Shown: positions 10,341-26,451 of the stretch, piece after piece
How positions within the stretch are numbered: position 1 is the first letter of the stretch
Layout: each line of letters opens with the position of its first letter
DNA from: the human T2T-CHM13v2.0 reference genome, Homo sapiens
Length of the DNA: 64,000 bases
Assembly (NCBI RefSeq): GCF_009914755.1
Contig: NC_060929.1
Direction: 5' to 3' (one strand)
Translations under genes and position numbers: made by a program
The notes under the pieces: generated by a model
Databases searched by the model: none
What the model was told of the DNA's origin: nothing
Seen by the model: the letters and a program-made list of their open reading frames with translations, nothing else

Positions 10341-11505
10341 ATTAAATACACTATTCCACATCTGTTAGAAGGACTCCAACATCCATAAAGGATGTTGATC
10401 TGTTCATTATTGATGTTCTTTTTTAAAGCACACCATATATTTAGAATAACAACTCCATACCAGCCACTTAAGTAGAAAATAGCTTTTTTCTAATTCATAG
10501 CTTGCCTTTTAAATTAAATGAGATATTTCTGATGTACAATTTTTGAAAATCGTTTTCCAGCCTAATCTATTGATCTTTTCTCTGGCCGAATATCATGTTC
10601 ACTCTTCCTTCGAGAGTATGTCACTCATAGAAGAACTTATAATTTTTTAGAAAAATTGAGTCAACCCTTTACAACTTTGTCATTTTTTTTCTTTCACTTC
10701 CTTCCTTTCTTTCCTTTTTTCTTTCTTCTAGGAATATATTTGTGAAAGTATTAGACGCTGTTTTAAAAATATTTGTATCTTTACACATTTTTTTCCACTC
10801 CAAGATAGGTAGGAATGCTATATTAATGCTGAGAAGGCTGTAATCCAGGTATAAAAACAGCTAAGAATCTCTGGACTTAATTCTGACAGTAAAACATTAT
10901 ATTTTCCATTCAACCTGCTACCCTCCCAGCCCTGAAAAGTGGTACATAGCTCTACTGCTTTATACTGCATCAGTGTTCTGTAGCCGTTACTATTTCATCA
11001 CAGATTTTTCTGAAATCTATCCAACTCTCTTTCTTCTTTCACTTAAATCTCTCCACCTCTGATAATTCTAACACCTCAGAATATAAACATAGTCAGGTCT
11101 CTCTCATTGTAAAACAAATAAACCAATAACAGAAACCTTTCCTCCCATAGTCCAGTCATCCTCACAGTACCACTGAGGCCTCTTTCTCTGATCCTCTTCA
11201 GAGCTAGTCTTCTGAACAAAACCATTTATGTAAGTGGTTACAAATTTGAATTATCAGATTCTCCCAGAAATATTATGTGTGGACATTTTAAGGTTCACAT
11301 TTCCACCTAAATAACTGAATCAGAATTTTTCATGGGTCTAGAAATCTACAGGTATATATAGTATATGGATAATATTAACTCCGTGGGAATTAGGAGGTTC
11401 TCTGGGAAATGAGAAATTAATAGAAATTTCTCAGAGAAGATGTAAGCTGACTAGGGAGGATTTAGCAGGGCAAAAGACAAAGATGAGAGAAAAATGCTAT
11501 ATTAA

Positions 11506-11687
11506 CAGTGGTTCTTCAACTCGAGTGCACGAGAAACACATAAAGAGCTTGTTTAAAAAAAAAAAGAAACAGAAAAACAGATCATGAATTTAGTAGGTCT
11601 TGGATGTAAACTAGAGTTTGCATTTCTAACAAGTTCCCAGAATATGCTAATGCTGCTGGTTTGGGGACCACACTTAGAGAACTACTG
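11506..11687. mobile_element. MER5A DNA transposon
   Basis: cagtggttcttcaact...tttgcatttctaacaagttcccag...tgctgctggtttggggaccacacttagagaactactg. Confidence 0.85.
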
Positions 11688-11689
11688 TT

Positions 11690-12135
11690 CTAGAGTGAAG
11701 ACTGGCCTATGGAAAAAAATAAAAATAAAACCTGGAAGCTATAAAGTTCATGGGTTCTTTCAGGAAAAGAGACTTGGTATTATTTAAATGGAGAAGTCAA
11801 AGTGTAAATAAATAATAACACAATGGTTGCAGAATAAAGAAAGGGTCAAGACTTGCAAGCTATTATGAGCAGGATTTAAAAATCTAGAATTTGTACTAAG
11901 ATCGATGAGAAAACATTGAAGGTTTAAAGCAGTAATCTGACACCACACATTTGAAAAGATCACTTTGGTTCCAGTGTAAAAAATGAAGAAAGTAAGACAA
12001 AAATATTACTTAGGAAACTGTTATAATCCAGGTGAGAGATGGTAGAATCTGAGCTAGAACAGTGATGACAAGAAGTGAAAGATTAGTAGCCAAGAATGAT
12101 ATATAAGAGGAAAATCAACAGGATTTGGTAACGGA
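11690..12135. mobile_element. L2 LINE fragment (probably also 11400-11505 and 11030-11220)
   Basis: cattgaaggtttaaagcag...tttgaaaagatcactttgg...ttaggaaactgttataatccaggtgagagatggt...aatcaacaggatttggt. Confidence 0.7.
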
Positions 12136-14058
12136 TTTATTTTCAATTTAAATGCTCTAAGTCTGTCAGTATGACTAGAGATTATAGCCTCACAATAAAC
12201 CAGGTTGTTTTGCTAGAATAATGAGTTAATCAAATCCCTGTGGCACTTATACCTGGATAATGAGTAACAATAGATCAAATATAATTGTTCTTATATTTTT
12301 GTATATTCCCAACATGAGTTAATGTAACATAAAATTAATTATGTATAGGAGTCTACTATCAGGATGATCTCCAAACCATGTAAGAAAACAAAACATAACA
12401 AAACAAAAACCTGTTAAATTTATGGATTGGGAGCATATTTAGATCTGAACACCCTTATGAAAATCATGATTTCTCCCTGTATCTATGGATAGCATTCTGT
12501 GCACAGTTTCCAGGAATACTCAGCCTTCTTAGGGTCTCTCCTTGGAAATTTCCCTCCATTGAAACATTGGCTGCATATTAGTAATTATTGAACGAAGATG
12601 ATAGATTTATAGATATGCTCACACATACCTAGTAAGCAGTTTAAAGAACTTAAGCCCATAAAAATTGCCAAAAAATTTAAATGCTTGATCCTTTGGCTAG
12701 GGATAATAGTATTTAATGCCTAAATTAGTTTTCTTAAGAGATTTTTGTAAGAATTAAATTATATGTTTGTGAAAGCGTTTTTAAACTTTAATTGCTCTAA
12801 AATGCAACTTAGCATTTTTGTTACCATTCATAATGGTAATATAAGAAAAACTACATGCCTAGAAGGACTGTTGAGATGCTCAATTGGGTCATTCCAAGAA
12901 GTTGGGGTAATTAATTATTAGGAGAGTTTGAGAATAGTCCATATAGATACAGGTTAGACCTACAGGCCAACATATCTTCACTGGACAATATCCCGTGTTC
13001 TGTGTGTAATCATTTAACATGATTGTTTCTTGGACACAGTTGTTGGAAGAAAACCATAAATATTTGGTATCCTTCTATGTCCAATTTGAAAAATGCTCTT
13101 ATTGAATGATTTAACAATACAGGACAATACTCCAATATAAAGTCCACTGTGCTGCCTTTTCTTAATGCCTCCCTAATCTTGTTTCATTAATTACTGTTAC
13201 TGCCTGGAGTGCTCATTAAATAAGCAATACATTTCACTTCATTCCGAAACTAAAATGGAATTGCAAAATGGTTTCTATATAGCTCCCAGAAAAACTTAAT
13301 TGACCCTGGTAAGAATTTAAGCTTGTTTATATTGTTGGTAAATAGGCTGCTTCCTGTCCTCAAGGTTTCTAAGCTCTGATAGATATCACTTTTGTAAGTT
13401 GAATGACAAAAGTTTGACAAACAAAAAATTTATCATTTCCAATGTTGAGAAAAGGTAAATGACTTTACCAAGTTCCTTCCCATTTTCCCCTTAATAGAAT
13501 TTGAAAACAAAACTAACATTTAAGAGGACTCTAAAATTAAATTAAAGCAAAGAACAAATTGGTTGAACGTGAATTAAGTTTTATAAGTCCACCAACGGTC
13601 CTTAATTCCTTAATTTTATCTGCCGTTTCCAGGCAATTCATAGTGCAGTCCAGAATAAAACTTGAAGATGCTATATAAAGATAACTTCCAGTTAAATATC
13701 TTATCAAGCAGCAATTACAAGTGTACTAAAATAATCTGTTGACAAAACAAATGATGTTTTCTGCTTTTAAATCTCCTTAACAAAGTTTGTTAATGTGAAA
13801 ACTATATATAAAAAAGTAGCCATTTGAAATAGTCGTTGTTAGCAGAGGCAAGCAGCAGTGAACAGATCTAGAAAGTTTGTATAAAATTTGCCTTAAGGGA
13901 ACAAGGGAGACTAAAGAAAGTATGGATAGAGATCCATCGAGTTCCCCTTGGAAAACCAAATCAAAAGACCTGTTAATATTAATTAGATTACACACAAAGC
14001 AAAAAGAAAGACTCAAAGGAACAAAAATAACTTTTTTCCAGTGCCTTCTAAAAATTGT

Positions 14059-14081
14059 ATGTGTGTGTGTGTGTGTGTGTG
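14059..14081. repeat. (TG)n microsatellite
   Basis: Directly visible. Confidence 0.95.
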
Positions 14082-15399
14082 CATATGATGCATGTGTTCC
14101 TGTATGTGTTTAAGTTATTAGTTATGAAGAGGATCAATTGAATGTGAGAGTCACAGGAAGAAGAATCAAAGTTCAACCCCATGATAATTGCTACAGGTAT
14201 TAAGGAGAGAAACAGTAAGAGTGGAGAAAATGAGTTTATGCGCCTTGGTCTTCCTCTCTTATATGTAATCTCACATATTTGATTTTCATTTTCAGAATCG
14301 AATTTCATGCCCATGATCCATTCCAGTTTAATTAGAAAATATGTAAAATAAATATAGAATAAGAATATATCTTATTCAAGAGTTGGATGATACTATACAA
14401 AACCTATAGACTGCACCTTAAAGCTTGAAGGTTAGTGGGTCCAAAATCCATCCAAAGAAAAGGAAGCTGCACAGTGACAGTTTAGGTGGCTCTATTTTTT
14501 AATGTGATTTGAAGTGGGAAAAATAAGCTTTGCTTGAGGTTTTCAGTTTAACTTGTCATAGACATGCTAAATTCATGGGCTATGTATGTGAACATCTGCC
14601 TGATGTAGAGAAATAAGAAATGAAAATTGAGAACTTCAGCTTTCTCTCCCACCTCCTCTCACACACACACTCACTTGCACAAAATAGAGAGAGGGAAATA
14701 ATTATACTGATTTTGTTTTTAGAAAAATATATAAAATAAAAATATAAACACATTTTAAAATAAGATCTTGAGAGAAATATGATTCAGTATTATATAGTAA
14801 ACATATATAAACATTTGCAAACTTTAACATAAATTATCCTTAAAAGTTTGTCTTATTTCAGAATTTTCATAAATTCAATAAAAATGAATAAAATATTTTC
14901 TTGTTTTGCATGTATAAAATTACATGACACTATGAATATTCTTTTTAAATAGCAACTATCCTAAATTCTAAGGATAAAAATGTTTATAGTACAAAGAATT
15001 TTCCCTATGATAATATAGCTCATATAACAAAATATTCAGGCTCACATTCACATAATGCATTTTAAATCTCAAATAATTCCTGTATGTTATCTTTTGATGA
15101 GAACATACTTTGCTGATCTGTTAGCTCTTAAATGAATTCAAACAAAGGCTACTTTATAACTTGAAGTTTGAGGATTGATAGTTCTTATCTTTAATGAGAC
15201 ATATATCTGATAATTATATAAATAAATTGATAATAAAAACCTATTTACTTCATTAATATATCACAGCCCTGAACTTTAAAATTTGCTGTAATAAATAATT
15301 TTACTCTGTTTAAAATAGTGCAATTTCTAACAGAAAGCCATCCGCTTTCATCTGCCTAAGAAAAACATCTTCTTTCACCTATGTATTGTTTTATAGATT

Positions 15400-16165
15400 A
15401 TATTCATTTTAGATAATCTTTACATCTATATTTTGCCACATAGTCTTCAGGTCTATAGCTTTTCAATAGGTTTTGAAATCTGGTAGGTTAAGCCCTTCAG
15501 CTTTATTTCTCCAACCTCATTTTAAAAATTGCTTTGGCTATTCTAGATCCTCCTAATTTCCATGCAAATTTTAAAATCATCTTGAAAATTACTACATAAA
15601 ACCTTTTAGATAATTTATTGGGATCAAGTTAAATCTAAAAAACAAAATGAGGTCATTTAATAATATTGAGTCTTCCATTCCATAAATGCAGTACATGCTT
15701 ATATTTATTTAGCATTGCTTCAATTTTTCTTTGCAATGTTTTATAATTTTCAGTGTGGAGGTTTTGGATGGTATTTGTTTGGCTTATTTGTAAGTAGTTT
15801 AAATTTGTTGGTGGTATTGTAAATGGAACAGTTAACTTTCATTTTCAAATTGTTTGTTTCTTATGCATGTTTACAAGCAATTTTTATATGTAAATTGTGT
15901 GTTTTACAACCTTGCTACAATTTTGGTTTAATTCTAGTAGATTTATAGATTATGATTTTCTGCATAATCATATCATCTTCAAATAGAGACTGTCTTACTT
16001 CTGTATTTTGATCTTCATTCATTTTATTTTTTTCCCTTATTGCAGTTTCAAGGATCTACAATACAATGTTTTGTTAATGTAGTAAAAGCAGACATATTTG
16101 TTTTCCTCTTGTAACAGGGAGAAAAAAGAAATCAGTCTTTTATCAAAATATATCACGTTGGCTCC
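15400..16165 (-). mobile_element. Old L1M ORF2 fragment
   Basis: ttgctttggctattctag, taatattgagtcttccattccataaa, atcatatcatcttcaaatagagac: antisense L1 ORF2 landmarks. Confidence 0.8.
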
Positions 16166-16184
16166 AGCTTTTTTTTTTTTTTAA

Positions 16185-16487
<303 letters not shown>

Positions 16488-16995
16488 GACTTCATATTTT
16501 TTAGAGCAGTTTTAGGTTTGTGACAAAATTGAGCAGAAATAGAGAGAATTCCCTTGTATTCCCTGCCTCCACACATGCATAGCCTCTCCCATTACCACAC
16601 CCCCACAAAACATGATTCATTTGTTACAATCAATGAACATACATTGATGTATCATCATCACTAAAGTCCATAGTTTACATTAGGTTCACTCTTAATGTTG
16701 CACACTCTGGGTTTGAACAAATATATAATGACAAGTATTTACTATTATAGTTTTATACAGAATAGTTTTGCCATCTTAAAAGTTCTCGTTGATCAAACTA
16801 CTCATCCCTCACCCTTCCCTAACTCCTGGTAACCACTGATCTTTTTACTGTCTCCATAGTTTTGCCTTTCCCAGAATGTCATGGGGTTGGAATCAGGAAG
16901 CATATATCCTTTTCAGATTTGTTTCTTTCACTTATTAATGTACATTTTAAATTCCTCCATGTTCTTTCATGGCTTGATAGCTAATGTCTTTTTAG
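16488..16995 (-). mobile_element. L1MC1-like 3' end
   Basis: ttagagcagttttaggtt...aaaattgagcagaaa...tttgttacaatcaatgaac...aagtccatagtttacattagg...aaccactgatctttttactgtctccatagttttgcctttccc. Confidence 0.8.
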
Positions 16996-18045
16996 CCAAT
17001 TCTTTCCGTGAAGGTAACTCATCTACAAATGCCTTATCAAAGGCATTCTGCAATTCTGTAATAGTACTTTTTATACCTAGCATTTCTTTTTGATTGTTTC
17101 ATAGAATTTTTATCTCTGCCTATATTTCCCATCTGTTCTTGCATGTTGTCTACTTTATTAAAATCCTTCGTATATTAATCAAACCCAAGTCCATCTTCTC
17201 TTGAGTTCCAAAATGTCCTCATTATATTACGTAAGTGATTTAGTACTTCCCACAAAATCCATACCTCATAAAATTCCAGATGCTATTCTCAGCCCAGCCT
17301 TAGGCAGCCAGAAGAAAATCTATTATCAGTAAGGAAAGAAGGTGTTGTACACTATTATTTAGTGGCCTGGAGAAATGGTTTCAATAGTGATAGGTGGAAA
17401 TAATTTTAGAATGAATGTAATATGAGTCAAATAGTAAAGTATGTACTGACCTTCCTTCAGTACATACTCAGCTCCTAATTTGCAATTATGCTGACAAAGC
17501 CCTGCAGTCAAATTGCTTTCTGAAGAAGTAAGCTCTTTACTAAGGAACCATTCAACTTGTCTTTATTTGTTTGCAATTACAGAAAGCCAAGAATTTTTTG
17601 GCATACTGGGAAAATAGCAGTCTCAGGAAATTGACAAGCAAATCAGAAGTACAGATATATAATATATTATATAATTATTAATTATATAATATATTATTAT
17701 ATAAAATAATTACATATTAATATAAACTGTTGTGTATTATATAATTTTATATATATATCTATTCTCTCTCTAGAACCACAGGAATTGGAGACAAGATTAT
17801 CTACTAACATACAACTCTAACTTGTACTACTATGGAATATGTTCTAACATCCTACACATTTTATTCATAGCATGATCAAAGTTGTAATTATGTATGTATA
17901 TATTTATCTATCCCCTAGACTATACATTCTAAGAGAAGTAGTGCCTAGATTTATCACATTTCTTTTATTATGAACCAAACTAACCAAGTGTCTGGCATAC
18001 ATAAGCTACTATAAGAAGTGTTAACAGAATCCATGTCAGTAGTTC

Positions 18046-18738
18046 TGTTACAGTAGTAGTTAGACATGAGCTGAGCAGGAGAGGGCACACACACACACAC
18101 ACACAAACACACCCCTCAGGTGATGGCCAGGTGGTTATTAACTTTGTCTCTAAAATAATAATTAATCACAGCTGGCACCAGGGAACGGCAGTCTCCAAAT
18201 AGATAGAAAAAACCTGAAACTGGTGATCCATAGCTTCTCAATAAGATCTCATGAGTTGAGCCGGTGGGCTCAAGCATGCTCACAAAGAGGAAAAATGGTG
18301 GAGTTTAAACTTTTTCTTGAAATACTAGACCGGTAAGGGAAGAACACCTAAAATGAGCATGGGTACAACTCCAGTAAACACACTGCACATGCAGCCCCTC
18401 CCAAGTGTTATCAGGCCACTGCTATGCGGACAGCATATTCCCAAGGGGAGAATCAGGGGAGAAGGGACGCAAAACCCTGGAAGTATGCCAGTGTATAAAA
18501 CTCCAAGTCAGAGGTCAAAGCATACACTTGATATCTCAAGTCACCTGCTTGGCCCTCTTCCAAGTGTACTTAACTTCCTTTCATTCCTGCTCAAAAGCTT
18601 TTTAATAAACTTTCACTTCTGCTCTAAAACTTGCTGCTATCTCTCCTTCTGCCTTATGCCCCTCCAGTTGAATTCTTTCTTTTGAAGAGGCAAGAATTGA
18701 GGTTGCTGCAGACCCACACAGATTCACTGTCACTAACT
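18046..18738 (+). mobile_element. MER50-family solo LTR (ERV1)
   Basis: Begins tgttacagtag...agacatgagc, ends gaattgaggttgctgcagaccc...actaact; 4-bp TSD gttc (18042-18045 / 18739-18742); TATAAAA ~18495 and AATAAA ~18604. Confidence 0.88.
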
Positions 18739-20134
18739 GTTCCCCTATCTGGTAGTTAGCTATATGGTAGAATAACATTTCCAAAGTCAATAAGAAGACA
18801 GACTATATTTTATATATATATTATATATATACACATATATATATATAATATAGTACAGTCATAAGGAAATTAAGGAAAGGTAGCAGTCAGGAGGAACATT
18901 TGATGAGCTTTGATTTTAAAATATTAATCTTCCAGGGTTGCACATCAAAGAGTATGGGAAGTACTAACAGTGTGAGGCATTTGAGTTGTAGGTGGAGGGG
19001 AGAATATTATCAGAGCTGCCACTGTTGATATAGCGGGTTGCTACAAATGTGAGCAAATGAGCTAGCATTAAGAATAAGAGCAGAGAATAGAGACATATAG
19101 ATCTGAGCCTTAGAAAGTACTAAATATTAAGGGACTTGACAAAGCAGATAAAGCAGCCAATAAATTTAAACTACCACCTGCGTTTTCACTCTACAAGGAA
19201 GATTTTTTTTTTGTTCTGGTTTTAACTCATTTCCTGCTTTGGCATTGTTGATGTTTTAAATAAAGAAATAAGTTCATAATCTCTGGAAATTGCCATATGA
19301 TTGGAAAAGAAAATGAAATTACATGATTTTCCAAAAGCAGGTTTATGAAAAGAAAATCTTTAATGAAACCTAGAAGTCTTGCTTTTTCTTCTTCTTACCC
19401 TTCCTTCCTTTTGCATTTTATAATGAAGTTTTTGTTTTGTTCACTACATAGACCACGTTTTATCTTCAATCATGTTTGATTTGGGAATATCCTCTTGCAT
19501 TTGTATAAATGAAAATGGTATAATGAGCTGACCTACTATTTTCAATGATAAAGGATGTCACACAAAATAAATGACTTTTTTCATTTGCATATTCACTTAC
19601 ATTGGTAGAAGAAGCAGCTTTCTAAATCCTAAAGATAGCAGTAGTCTATCATTTAAATTGGACTCCAGTATACATAACCAAATCAATTCATATCTGAAAA
19701 AGAAATATAATCTACTTTTATTAGTAATTTGTATGTACATGTGCATACATTCATACTTTTTCATTTATAATATTCATATTTCCCTGTGTTCTACAAGTTT
19801 CTTGTTTTTAAAAGTGTAATAAAATTCAAAAGCGAGAGAAATGTTTACTTAACTGAAGACATGGCTAAAATGTACACTCTTAAAAGTTTAAAGTGGATAA
19901 GAAGGAAAGGAAAAACATAAGCAAGAAATAGTCCTCTAGATAGTAGTTTAGTATTAGGTTCTAATTTTCAAATAAATAACTGAGGCAAAATTGTTACTAA
20001 AACTGGATGCCTAAAAACAAAGATACAGTTACTGCAAATAATGTGATTGTTCTGGCTTTTTCACCACTAAGACTCCATAGCTTTAGGAGTCACTGGGAAA
20101 TATGCTTGTAAAAAGCTTTAAAAAATCCTACTCT

Positions 20135-20429
<295 letters not shown>

Positions 20430-20984
20430 CTACTCTATTACATTGAACAAATTTCAAATGTCTAGATAACAACAAAAAAGAGTTTAATCACACTCATTCC
20501 AAAAGTTACATTCTTTAGAAACTTTCTAAAAGTCACTTTTCAAAAGTTATTTGGCATTAAAAACATTCAATTTAGTTAAAATATAAATTCTATAATAAAG
20601 TTTCTTTGGACTAGTACTCTTTTCTGATACACATGAAAATTTAAGATAATTTTAAAGCAATGATGAGTTGTTGAATAGTTGCTATCTAATCTGCACTCAA
20701 ATATTTTTACGATAAATTTATTCTGACAGTGAGAATATTAAAAATAATATTGAGAATAATTTATTTTTGCCTCATTTTCCATTATAACAATTTAGTACAA
20801 ATAACATATTAATATATACTTTAACAAATAGGCATGGCCTTCTACAATTCTAAACTGATCCTTCTCTATTTGCAACCCCCCAAATCATCAGATTCTTAAG
20901 AAGAGTCACTGCAAATACTGACAAATAAGTTTAAAGAAATATAATCCAGCATTACTTTTATCAATACTTACAGAAAATACAGAT

Positions 20985-21380
20985 AAGAGGTTGTTGAGGT
21001 CTTCAACTATATGATGGTGAATTTATCAATTTTGCTTCATGTATTTGTAGCCTTTGATAGTTGGTATGTATAATACTTAGGAGTATTAAGTCTTCTGGTA
21101 GGTTAATCTTTATATAAAATTCCTATTATTGATTTAATTTATTTTTAAGTCTACTTACATAAAACTGCCTTTTTAATTAATGATTTAAATAATCTTATCT
21201 TCTTCCATGATTTTACTTTCAACATACCTATATGTTTACATTTGAAGTGAGTTTCTTTTTAAGCAGAATACAATTGAGTCACTTTTTAAATTCAGCTCTA
21301 GAAATCTCTGTTTTAGGTCATATTTAGACCCATTACATTCAAGGTAATGATTGATATGTTAGCACTTAATTCTGCTACTT
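20985..21380 (-). mobile_element. Old L1M fragment (ORF2 5'/inter-ORF)
   Basis: tgaggtcttcaactatatgatggtgaattt, tttgaagtgagtttctt, tatttagacccattacattcaaggtaatgattgatatg. Confidence 0.7.
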
Positions 21381-21549
21381 ATTTGCCACATATTTTAGCA
21401 TATTTTAATTATATTTATCTGCCAGTGCTTGGTATTTACAGAAGTAGTTAAATGAATGGGCAACGAGTATTCACTAGAACTCTGCATTATGTGGCAAGAA
21501 GTTCAAGGAAAAAAGTTTCATAGAAATAGTTTAATACTTTCTTGTGGCT

Positions 21550-21960
21550 AGTAAAAACATGAGTCTTCAGATAAAATGACCTAGTAAGTTAAAAATGAAA
21601 TGATTAAAAAAAGATCTATCTCAAATACACTTTCATCGTATTTTATAACCCCAAGAATAAAGAGAAGATCCTAAAAGCTTCCAGAAAACAAAAACAGCAC
21701 ACCCTAAAAGAATTACAATAAGAAAAGCATCATATTTATCAACAATAAACTGGATATTAGAAGACAATTGAAAGTATCCTCAAATTTTTGAGAGAAAATT
21801 ATTTTCTATCTGAGATTTTATACCACGCAAAACTAGTATTCAAATGTGAGGATAAAATGTATTTCAGACATGAAAGGACTCAAAGTTTACCTCCCATTCA
21901 CTGTTCCTTCAGATGTTTCTTGAGAAGCACAAGCAAAATGAAGAGGACAAAAGACAAAGG
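21550..21960 (+). mobile_element. Old L1M/HAL1-like ORF1 fragment
   Basis: aataaagagaagatcctaaaagcttccagaaaa (KEKILKASR-like), ctggatattagaagacaattg, gattttataccacgcaaaactag (RILYPAKL-like). Confidence 0.7.
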
Positions 21961-23669
21961 ATGGGGCAAGAAATATTTTCTTATTAATAGGAGGAAATCT
22001 GACTTAATTATAGTCTTGAAATCATCTGGCTCTGAGGCAATCTCACAATAAACTGGAAAATAAAAATCACCATCACTATCAAGCAAGAGGGACTACTCAG
22101 AAAGAGGAATCAAATTTTCACTACTCTGAATGGGCGATTCCAAGAACCTAGCTAATTTTTATAAATCTGAGTACCATCACATCTAAAATTCTAAAATCAT
22201 TTGTGTTTTTGCCCATTGGCAGGGAAACACTCCTCCCTTGGGCAATTCCTTATATTATCATATCTATTATTATAATATCAACGTCTACCGAGACATTGAT
22301 TCTATGAAATCCTGCCTTTTCTCTCATAAATGGAAGCATTCTGTCATGCTGTGTCACAGATGAGGAACTTAGGGATTCAGGTCTTTTAAAATCCATTCTA
22401 TTTTCAGAATAATGATCTTTTTAGATAACGTATGTATCAGATATTAATTTAAACACAAACATACTAATGCAACAGTTGTGTATACATAGTCCTCATAGAC
22501 TGAAGAAAGTACACTTGAAACTTTCCTGCTTGTTTGTCATGTTAGCAAACAGTCTTTTTCACTGGAAATAAAGACAAGTTCATTAGAAGATTTATCCCAT
22601 CAGACGAGGATTTCCATATACACTACCCATCAAACAACAGATGGACATTCTTTGAACTCCAAGCCTTGGACATGCACTTCCTTATGCCCTCAGGCATAAG
22701 GAAGTTTATTTTAAACATTCTACTTATTTTTAAATACTCTATCTAGCATGACTTAAATTAGCTAAAGAGGTTGTTTGCCATTCATTTTTTATTCTCTTAT
22801 CAGGCAGTTTTGAAGATACAAGAAAGCTGTATCCACAGCAATTGTTAAATATACAGTATAATTCTTCAGAAAAATCATTTAGGCCTGGTGATTTCTGGAT
22901 GGGCTACCTACTGTCAGCTGTACAACTTGCAGTTTAGTCCAATTTATTAGTTAGAGCCATTTCCCAGAATAGAGCCACAAGTCACTGTGCTAAGTGAAGA
23001 GTTAACTGGGCTGCTCTCATAAATGCTAATGTAGGGGGCACAGTTATAGGACATTATGCTGAAAATAGAGGCTCTTAAGGGTCTTTAAGTATGTAAATTA
23101 GAAAACAGGAATGATACAGTGATATAGAGGCTTGTTTGTTCTTCCATGCGAACTGCACTTCATGGAGAGTAGATATTTAGTTTAGGCATAATGTATATAA
23201 ACAACCTCCCTATGGAGTCCTCAAAGAAACATACAAAAATTAGAGCTTGCAAAATAGAAGCTTTATTTTTTCCAGAGTCAAGTATATTTATGCCTCTCTG
23301 TTTTCATATGTGGGACGTTTAATACTGCACTTTTGAGAAACTTATTTATCCATTTTTTTTGAAGGGAAGATATTGGTAGGTATTACCTCTGCCTTAAATG
23401 AAGTCATTGAAACCATTTCCATTTGGTCTTAAATATAAGGTTTTAAAATGAATTCATTTATTTTAGATGTGTCACTTTTATTGTGAATCTGTGTTATCAA
23501 TAACTTATAAGCAATAAAAATGAGAAGCAGAGTTTAGTAGCATTTGGCATAATTTAGTAGCAACACTTGGTAGAGCTACCTGTATGCCAAATTGGGACTC
23601 CACTTATTTCATTACAATAATGAGGTCTGTGGACACCTACAATTATTTTTCTTTTTTTGAATAAGATAA

Positions 23670-23768
23670 TCCATGGTAGTGAGTTATCTCAATTGATTGT
23701 TCAGTCAGTTACAGATTGAACTCTTTTCTACTCTTTTTCCATGCTCACTACTTCACTGGACTAGTCTT
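23670..23768 (+). pseudogene. Y1 RNA (RNY1) retropseudogene
   Basis: ggtagtgagttatctcaattgattgttcagtcagttacagattgaactc...ttctactcttt...ctcactacttcactggactagtctt follows hY1; 5' end degenerate; A-rich tail 23769-23779. Confidence 0.92.
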
Positions 23769-24327
23769 AAACAAATAAATATCATGCTGTAACTGATATA
23801 GACAGGACTTGTCCAGATTTCCTTAAATATTTTTTTCCCATTTCTGTGCATACCTCCTTCAACTTTGGTGTGCTTTCATTTCCAATGACCTGCATCTAAT
23901 GTCTTCAGAAGACTTCCCTTGGTTAGCCAATGATGGATGAATCATGGTTGTAAAGCCATTATCCTTACCTCAATTTGGGAAAATTTGTGAAAAACAATTT
24001 ACTCCCCGTAGAACATTGTCACTGTCTTAGCATATATCTCCTGGTAAATTTCTAGCAACTTTACTTCTGTCCAGATTTTTAAATATTATATTCCATTCCA
24101 CCAGAAGATACTATGTCTCCATCTTTACCTGTTTTCCTTCTCACTTATCAGGCATTTCCAGACTAAACCTAGACCAATGTTTCTGAATTTTGGCTGCATT
24201 TTGAAATCACCTGGGGAACATTATTTCTCCTTTTTTAAAATCAGTCTCTCTCTCTCTTTCTTTCTCTCTTTGACCTTGTACACTGCTAAGCTATATATTG
24301 AGCACATCCAGTTATATTTAAGGTGGT

Positions 24328-24554
24328 TCTGTTAGTCCAATTTCATACTGATATAAAGAACTGCCTGAGACTGGGTAATTTCAAAAAGAAAGAGGTTTAA
24401 TTGACTCACAGTGCAGCATGACTGGGGAGGCCTCAGGAAACTTACAATCATGGTGCAAGGCAAACGGGAAGCAAGGCACCTTCTTCAAAAGGTGGCAGAA
24501 AGGAGAAGAGCTGAGCAAAGGGGGAAGAGCACCTTATAAAACCATGAGATCTCA
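24328..24554 (-). mobile_element. THE1D (MaLR) solo LTR, part 1
   Basis: ttagtcc...tataaagaactgcctgagactgggtaattt...gaggcctcaggaaacttacaatcatgg; left TSD gtggt at 24323-24327. Confidence 0.9.
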
Positions 24555-26288
<1,734 letters not shown>

Positions 26289-26451
26289 AAAACCATGAGA
26301 TCTCATGAGAACTCAATCCATTATCACGAGTGCAGCATGGGTAAAACCACTCCCATGATTCAATTACCTCCGCCTATTCTCTCCTTTGACACATGGGGAT
26401 TAAGGGGATTACAATTCAAGATAAGATTTGAGTCGGGACACAAAGCCTAAC
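26289..26451 (-). mobile_element. THE1D solo LTR, part 2 (last 7 bp catatca displaced to 35343-35349)
   Basis: cccatgattcaattacctcc...ggggattacaattcaagataagatttgagtcgggacacaaagcctaac; terminal catatca plus right TSD gtggt at 35350-35354. Confidence 0.9.

Noticed and set aside
12900-14000. Repeat-poor unique stretch with homeobox-like TAAT/ATTA motifs, possible enhancer
   Set aside because: Cannot be supported without conservation or chromatin data; such motifs are expected at this AT content.
17655-17762. Extremely AT-rich tract (also 18808-18851)
   Set aside because: Decayed (TA)n low-complexity sequence without further structure.
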